Of a DNA stretch of 32,000 nt, positions 27,249 to 32,000 are shown one piece after another. Both the position numbers and the translations under genes were made by a program. This DNA comes from Pyrodictium abyssi. GTDB lineage: Archaea; Thermoproteota; Thermoprotei_A; Sulfolobales; Pyrodictiaceae. Within the stretch, counting starts at the first letter, position 1. Every line of letters starts with the position of its first letter. The notes beneath the pieces are model-generated. The model had not been told where the DNA came from. It did no database searches and saw only the letters and a list, made by a program, of their open reading frames with translations. Location of the stretch: positions 2,010,001 to 2,042,000 of the forward strand of contig NZ_AP028907.1 in assembly GCF_036323395.1 (NCBI RefSeq), in the 5' to 3' direction.

Positions 27249-29747
27249 ATGGTCATGGATAACAAACATGTGCTTATCCCTATACTTGCAGCCATTTTGG
27301 CAACACTCCTCTCAGCAATACTAGTAGACTATATGCTATACAAGAGCATGGAAGCACTTTCTGCACGCGTTATCGGCGTCGAAGAAGCAAATAAAGACCT
27401 CCGAGCCAATGTGAAGGAGACCCTCCAGAGGCTTGAAGAGGTAACAACGCGAATAGACTCTATTAACGAAAAGCTTGCTAACTTGGAGTCCAGTATAGAC
27501 ACCGTGAATAAGAACACGCAAACCTCGATAAAGGAGATAGAGAGTAGTATGGAGAAGGCATTAACAAGCATCAAGGTAGAGCTGCAAAAGCTAGCCGGCT
27601 CTATAGGAGCCCTAAAGAACCAGCTAGAAGATCTCAAAGAGAATGTGTCTAGGCTAGAAGAATCCGACAAGACGCTCTCCACGGCGGTCGCTAGCCTACA
27701 ACAACAGCTCTCCAAGCTAGAGAAGCAAGTAGCCAGTATCACAGATATGCTGGCCATGCTGCAGCAAGAGGTCACAGAGCTAGGCAGACAAGCCAGCTTT
27801 AACACGGAGAAGATAGCTGATCTCGAAGACCGGCTCTCAACGATACAATCGATGCTATCTAGTCTCAGCCAGGAGGTAGCAGCTCTCAGAAACACCACAG
27901 CCAGCCTAGCAGAGCGCATAGATAAGCTCAACGCAGTGAGCACAGCGGCTAACGAGACCGTTACTATGGCTGGAAACGAGACGGCGGCGAAGACGCTAAA
28001 ATGGCTCATACTGGTATACATGGCCGCTGATAACAATCTGGAGCACTACGCGATAGAAGACCTCAACGAGATGGAAGAGGTAGGCTCAACCAGCGACGTT
28101 GCAGTGGTAGCGCTTATCGACAGAGCCAAAGGCTTTGATGAAAGCAATGGTGGCTGGACCAGTACCCGCGTATACCTCGTCACGAGAGACAATGACCCAA
28201 ACACAATAGGCTCAAAGCTACTCCTAGACCTAGGCGAGCAGAGCACCAACGACCCACGTCTACTCAGGTGGTTCGTAGAAAACATGACGGCAAGGTTCCC
28301 GGCTAGGCACGTCCTACTGGTGCTCTGGAACCACGGCGCCGGGATCCTAGGTGGATTCGCAGTCGACATGGATTCCAGGCTCGGCGTCAAGACCATGGAT
28401 GTGATGGAGATAGCTAACGCGCTCCGCGGCCTCAAGGTGGACATTATAGGGTTTGATGCGTGCCTCATGGGAGGCTACGAGGTGGCTTACTACCTGCAGC
28501 ACGTAGGCAAGATAATGGTAGCCTCTGCCGACACTGAGCCGCTAGAGGGCTGGCCCTACAAGGACATACTAGAGTACATAGCAAGCAACCCTGACGCGAG
28601 CGAGGCCGAGGTTGCAGCAAGCATAGTACGGCTCTACGGCAAGAGCCTGGCAGAATCAGGTATGCCGGCTACCCTCATCGCACTAAACCTTACGGCTTTG
28701 CAGTCGGTGAACGAGGGGATAGCAGCGCTATCGTACTACGTCTACATGCAGGAGGATGTATGGGCTCTAGCCCGCGCCATGGATGCAGCCGTGATGTACC
28801 CTCTCTCCGACCAGTACATGCTGTTCCTGGTGGGCGCTGCACAGTACGGCTACATAGACCTATACAACACGCTCGTTGTCGCTTACCAGCTAGCAACAGA
28901 GCGCACAAGGACAGTAATAGGGCAGCTAATAGCGGCTCTGGAGAATGCAGTAATAGCAAGCTACACTAACACGGACTCGCCCATGGTGCTCGGCCTCTCC
29001 GCCATGGGGCGTGAGTCGCTATACTCGCTCACCGCTGAAGCCTACAATAAGACCTTGTGGGAGGCCCTCGCTACCCCATGGAGCAGCCTAGTAGACAAAG
29101 TAGACTCTATACTGCTACAGGACTATGAGCCACCCCGCGTCTCCGTGGAGACGGCTGAGACCGCTAACGGGCTAGAAGTACGCGTTAGGGCGGAGTCGCA
29201 GGACATATCCGGCATATACCTCGAGATACGCAGCACCGACAACATTACGCTTAACATAGTACCGCTTACACTAGACACAAGTATAGGAGCCGGAAGCGAG
29301 CATATACCATTATGGCTCAATGGCTCCGTGTCGAGCTACATGTGGAGTGGTTCTGTATACCAGCTGGTATCCGGGGGTGCGGCCCACCCGTCGACAGTAG
29401 TGATCGACACAGCCACCGGGCTAGGCATAGTACCCGGCGTGTACCGCGACACAGCCATGGACTACACGGCGCTGGCAGTCATGTTCTTCAACACGTCTAC
29501 GGGAGAACCGCTGTATGCCGTGGACGCTGAGAACACGCTACTCCTAGAGTTGACGGACTCCTCTGAGTTCCTACCATTCGTGCTGACGCCCATGGGGTGG
29601 TTCCATACAAGCGGTTACCTGCCGGTGAGTGGGCTCCGCCTGGAACCAGTAGAACCAGACATGCTGGGCATCAAGCTCGACATGTACCTTGTAGCCGTGG
29701 ATCTCGCAGGCAACGTGGCTGAGGAGCTGCTGTACAACATGGCGTAG
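27249..29747 (+). CDS. Membrane-anchored coiled-coil protein with clostripain-like (peptidase C11, caspase-like fold) domain
   Basis: 832 aa; N-terminal TM (VLIPILAAILATLLSAILVDYML), about 220 aa of heptad-like coiled coil, then LKWLILVYMAADNNLEHYAIEDLNEME, VLLVLWNHGAG and VDIIGFDACLMGGYEVAYYLQ (His/Cys dyad), then a C-terminal beta-rich region. Confidence 0.9.
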   Translation: MVMDNKHVLIPILAAILATLLSAILVDYMLYKSMEALSARVIGVEEANKDLRANVKETLQRLEEVTTRIDSINEKLANLESSIDTVNKNTQTSIKEIESSMEKALTSIKVELQKLAGSIGALKNQLEDLKENVSRLEESDKTLSTAVASLQQQLSKLEKQVASITDMLAMLQQEVTELGRQASFNTEKIADLEDRLSTIQSMLSSLSQEVAALRNTTASLAERIDKLNAVSTAANETVTMAGNETAAKTLKWLILVYMAADNNLEHYAIEDLNEMEEVGSTSDVAVVALIDRAKGFDESNGGWTSTRVYLVTRDNDPNTIGSKLLLDLGEQSTNDPRLLRWFVENMTARFPARHVLLVLWNHGAGILGGFAVDMDSRLGVKTMDVMEIANALRGLKVDIIGFDACLMGGYEVAYYLQHVGKIMVASADTEPLEGWPYKDILEYIASNPDASEAEVAASIVRLYGKSLAESGMPATLIALNLTALQSVNEGIAALSYYVYMQEDVWALARAMDAAVMYPLSDQYMLFLVGAAQYGYIDLYNTLVVAYQLATERTRTVIGQLIAALENAVIASYTNTDSPMVLGLSAMGRESLYSLTAEAYNKTLWEALATPWSSLVDKVDSILLQDYEPPRVSVETAETANGLEVRVRAESQDISGIYLEIRSTDNITLNIVPLTLDTSIGAGSEHIPLWLNGSVSSYMWSGSVYQLVSGGAAHPSTVVIDTATGLGIVPGVYRDTAMDYTALAVMFFNTSTGEPLYAVDAENTLLLELTDSSEFLPFVLTPMGWFHTSGYLPVSGLRLEPVEPDMLGIKLDMYLVAVDLAGNVAEELLYNMA

Positions 29748-29777
29748 AAAACCAGAGAATAATCTAGCCCACTCTTT

Positions 29778-30467
29778 TCAGCCGTTTCTCTTCCACGTGT
29801 AGGAGTGCTCTAGTATGAAGTAGGCTGCGTCGAGCAGGTCTTCTGCCACGTAGTCTGCCTCCTCGACCACGTGGTTGTCGTGCGGGTTCACGGCTATGGC
29901 TAGGCAGGCCTCCCTCATGCCCCGTAGGTCCCAGCGGCTATCGCCGACGAAGGCTACCTCCCTCATACTGTAGCCGAGCTTACGGGCTAGGGACAGTACG
30001 GCGCGGTCCTTGCGGTCGGCCTCTAGCCGCGGCTCGCCTCCGGGGACGAGGCGGCCCCAGGGGTCGAAGGCTAGCGCAGGCGAGACCCAGTACTTTATGC
30101 CGAGCTCCCGTGCGACGCGAGACACTACGACGTCTACCCCGCCGCTTACTAGCGCGGATTCTATCCCGGCCTCCCTGAGTATGCGTACAGCCTCGTAGGC
30201 GTCGCGGTTTATGGGTACGCTGGAGAAGAGCTCCTCTAGGTCCCACCGGGTTATACCGGGCATAGCCTCTATCCACGCGAGCGTGTCGAGGAACATCCAC
30301 TCCCAGTAGCCTATCTTGCCCTCCATGAAGAGGCGGTAGTTCAGCTCGCTCTCTCTGGTCGTGCCGGCGCGCTCGTGTATGTAGCCCCAGCTGCTGCGTA
30401 TAGGCAGTATGACCCCGTCCACGTCGAAGGCTACGAGCCTTATCCGGCACCTACTGGGCTCGTGCAA
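29778..30467 (-). CDS. HAD superfamily phosphatase (SerB-like)
   Basis: 229 aa; RLVAFDVDGVILP (nucleophile Asp), SALVSGG, VAFVGDSRWDLRGM. Confidence 0.9.
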   Translation of the reverse strand: MHEPSRCRIRLVAFDVDGVILPIRSSWGYIHERAGTTRESELNYRLFMEGKIGYWEWMFLDTLAWIEAMPGITRWDLEELFSSVPINRDAYEAVRILREAGIESALVSGGVDVVVSRVARELGIKYWVSPALAFDPWGRLVPGGEPRLEADRKDRAVLSLARKLGYSMREVAFVGDSRWDLRGMREACLAIAVNPHDNHVVEEADYVAEDLLDAAYFILEHSYTWKRNG

Positions 30468-30582
30468 TGCCCGCCCCTCTACCCCTCCCCGTGGCCCCTA
30501 TGCGCCCAGCTCTATGTGGCTGCCGCTACGCGTATCAAAGGGAGCCGGGCCCGCCTCTAGCCCCTGGAGGCGCGTAGCAGCC

Positions 30583-31138
30583 GTGAACCCCCTGCTTGCC
30601 GTCCTCGTCCTCGCCCTAGTCTCGCTCCAGCTCCCCGCAGCTACAGACGCGCAGGACACGCCAGGCCCCGGAGACTACGCGGTCTACAGCGTCGAGGCGA
30701 GCACCGGCGTAAAGCTGCAGGTGAGGGTGGACATACTTGATGCGGACGACGAGGGCTTCCTGGTAGAGACCCGCGTGGTGAATGCGAGCGGCGTAGGAGA
30801 CCCAGTAGCCAGGCTCTTAGCCGGCGGGCTCGAAGGGAGGCACCGCATCCCCCGCGGCAACCGGGTAAACATGACAGCGCTTGTCATGCTCGGGGCGGGG
30901 CCCGGTATACTCTACGTGGACCCCGGTAGCCTCCCAAATGGAGGTGTGGTGGAGAAGAGCCTCCGGTTCATGGGGGCGAAGCTAAGGATACGTGCAGCGT
31001 GGGACACAGGGAGCGGCTGGCTAAAGGCACCTAGCGGCCGATATCCGGGGTGCATCGAGGCGGCCCTACAGGCTCGAGGTAAGGCTCGTAGACTCCAGCT
31101 TCATGGACGCCACGAGGCCAACAAGCACCGGGTATTAA
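30583..31138 (+). CDS. Hypothetical secreted protein, likely frame-disrupted near the 3' end
   Basis: GTG 30583 after TGGAGG gives VNPLLAVLVLALVSLQLPAATDAQDTPGPGDYAVYSV (signal peptide). The track frame runs to 31257 with unconvincing sequence after ~31030; the +1 frame reads RLEVRLVDSSFMDATRPTSTGY* and stops at 31138. Confidence 0.5.
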
Positions 31139-31187
31139 TCCCTCCACAGCCTATACCTAACACGTATAGTGGAGGTAAGCCGCTTCC

Positions 31188-32000
31188 ATGTCTACCCGTG
31201 TCTCCCGCTCCATCGCCCCCGTGGCCGTTAGCCTCCCCGGGAGCCTCTCCGGCGTAGCAGCTGTCGCGACCAGCCGCCCACAAGCCGTGGTCACGGTGGA
31301 GCAGCTCTCCGATAGGGGGATAGCCGTCGAGACCCAGGGCCCCCAGGGCCCAGCCCTACGCGCAGCCTACGAGGCCGCGAGGCTCCTCCTCGAGGCCCTG
31401 GGCGAGGAGGCCCAGCTACGCGTCACACTCGAGCTAGAGGAGCCCCTCATAAGCCCGGTCTCCTCAGCAGCGGCCGCTACGGCGGCGGCGCTCATAGAGC
31501 TCCTCGGGGTCGAGCCCGGCCCCCAGGAGCTAGCCCGCGTCCTAAACCGGGCCGTAGCGATAGCGTCCGGCAGGCCCCGCGCAGCGCTAACAGCAGCCGC
31601 CCTCCTCGGCGGCCTCGCCTCCGGCAGTGAGCAGCCGCCCTACTACGCGCGCCACCAGGTGGAGCCGCCGCGCTGGCGCATATACGTCGTCAAGCCCTGC
31701 AAGCCTCTAGCCGAGCCACCAGTACTCGTGTCCGCGGACCGGCTACTCCAGCTAAGCCAGGCAGCAGCCACCTTGCTAGCAGCAGCCGCTGTCGAGGGCT
31801 GGAACAACCGTCTAGCAAAGCTGATGGCGCAGGAGAGCCCATGGGACTACGCGGCCCCGGAGTATATCCGGCGTGCACGCACCGAGGCCCTCGAAGCAGG
31901 CGCAGTAGCCGCAGGCCTAGACCCCTACACCGGCGTACTCGTGGTTCTCGCAGAGGAGCCCGGGCCCGGCGAACGGGCAGCTGCCATACTAGAGGCGGCC
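31188..32000 (+). CDS. Possible divergent GHMP-kinase-like protein, truncated by window end
   Basis: Open frame of 271 codons, not in the track because it has no stop. ATG 31188 is preceded by GGAGGT at 31171-31176. MSTRVSRSIAPVAVSLPGSLSGVAAVATSRPQ...LRVTLELEEPLISPVSSAAAATAAALIELLG resembles GHMP kinase N-termini. CDS call is strong; family call is weak. Confidence 0.5.
   Translation, partial: MSTRVSRSIAPVAVSLPGSLSGVAAVATSRPQAVVTVEQLSDRGIAVETQGPQGPALRAAYEAARLLLEALGEEAQLRVTLELEEPLISPVSSAAAATAAALIELLGVEPGPQELARVLNRAVAIASGRPRAALTAAALLGGLASGSEQPPYYARHQVEPPRWRIYVVKPCKPLAEPPVLVSADRLLQLSQAAATLLAAAAVEGWNNRLAKLMAQESPWDYAAPEYIRRARTEALEAGAVAAGLDPYTGVLVVLAEEPGPGERAAAILEAA

Noticed and set aside
26953-27249. 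98-aa minus-strand ORF between MATE and clostripain genes
   Set aside because: Overlaps the MATE 3' end, no Shine-Dalgarno or motif seen; probably random.
27329-28036. 235-aa minus-strand ORF opposite the coiled-coil region
   Set aside because: Ser-rich translation is the expected antisense image of a Glu/Leu/Ser-rich coiled coil; no independent evidence.
1-32000. CRISPR array, transposon, toxin-antitoxin or prophage block
   Set aside because: No regularly spaced repeats, no transposase or integrase motifs and no small paired toxin/antitoxin ORFs were seen; gene content looks like ordinary chromosomal backbone.

Overview
This is an archaeal chromosomal window. Gene content and codon style (stalk protein P1, Hel308-like helicase, TIP49-like AAA+ ATPase, ATA/CTA/GTA-rich codons, TTG/GTG starts, GGAGG-type Shine-Dalgarno sites) suggest a hyperthermophilic crenarchaeon close to Pyrodictiaceae; that placement is inference. 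About 25 confident or reasonable CDSs are present: truncated rhomboid protease, TldD/PmbA(TldE) pair, MthK-like K+ channel, ABC substrate-binding protein plus fused permease with no local ATPase, two divergently arranged PP-loop/PAPS-reductase-like proteins, Hel308-like helicase, TIP49-like ATPase, ribosomal protein P1, Ntn asparaginase, flavodoxin-like reductase, thymidylate kinase-like, FeoA, NOL1/NOP2/Sun methyltransferase, divergent SDR, AMMECR1, ASCH/PUA-like, OBG/DRG-like TGS GTPase, MATE transporter, a large membrane-anchored coiled-coil protein with a clostripain (C11) protease domain, HAD phosphatase, a secreted protein with a probable frame problem, and a truncated possible GHMP-kinase-like protein. 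No tRNA, rRNA, CRISPR array or transposon was recognised. I did not find a clear multi-gene defence or mobile system. The most interesting items are the surface-stalk C11 protease, the paired PP-loop enzymes around a structured divergent intergenic region, GC-rich structured intergenic elements (possible C/D-like RNAs), and several enzymes with altered catalytic motifs (thymidylate kinase P-loop, TIP49 Walker B, SDR Tyr to His, GTPase G3). All assignments are by eye, with no database search.
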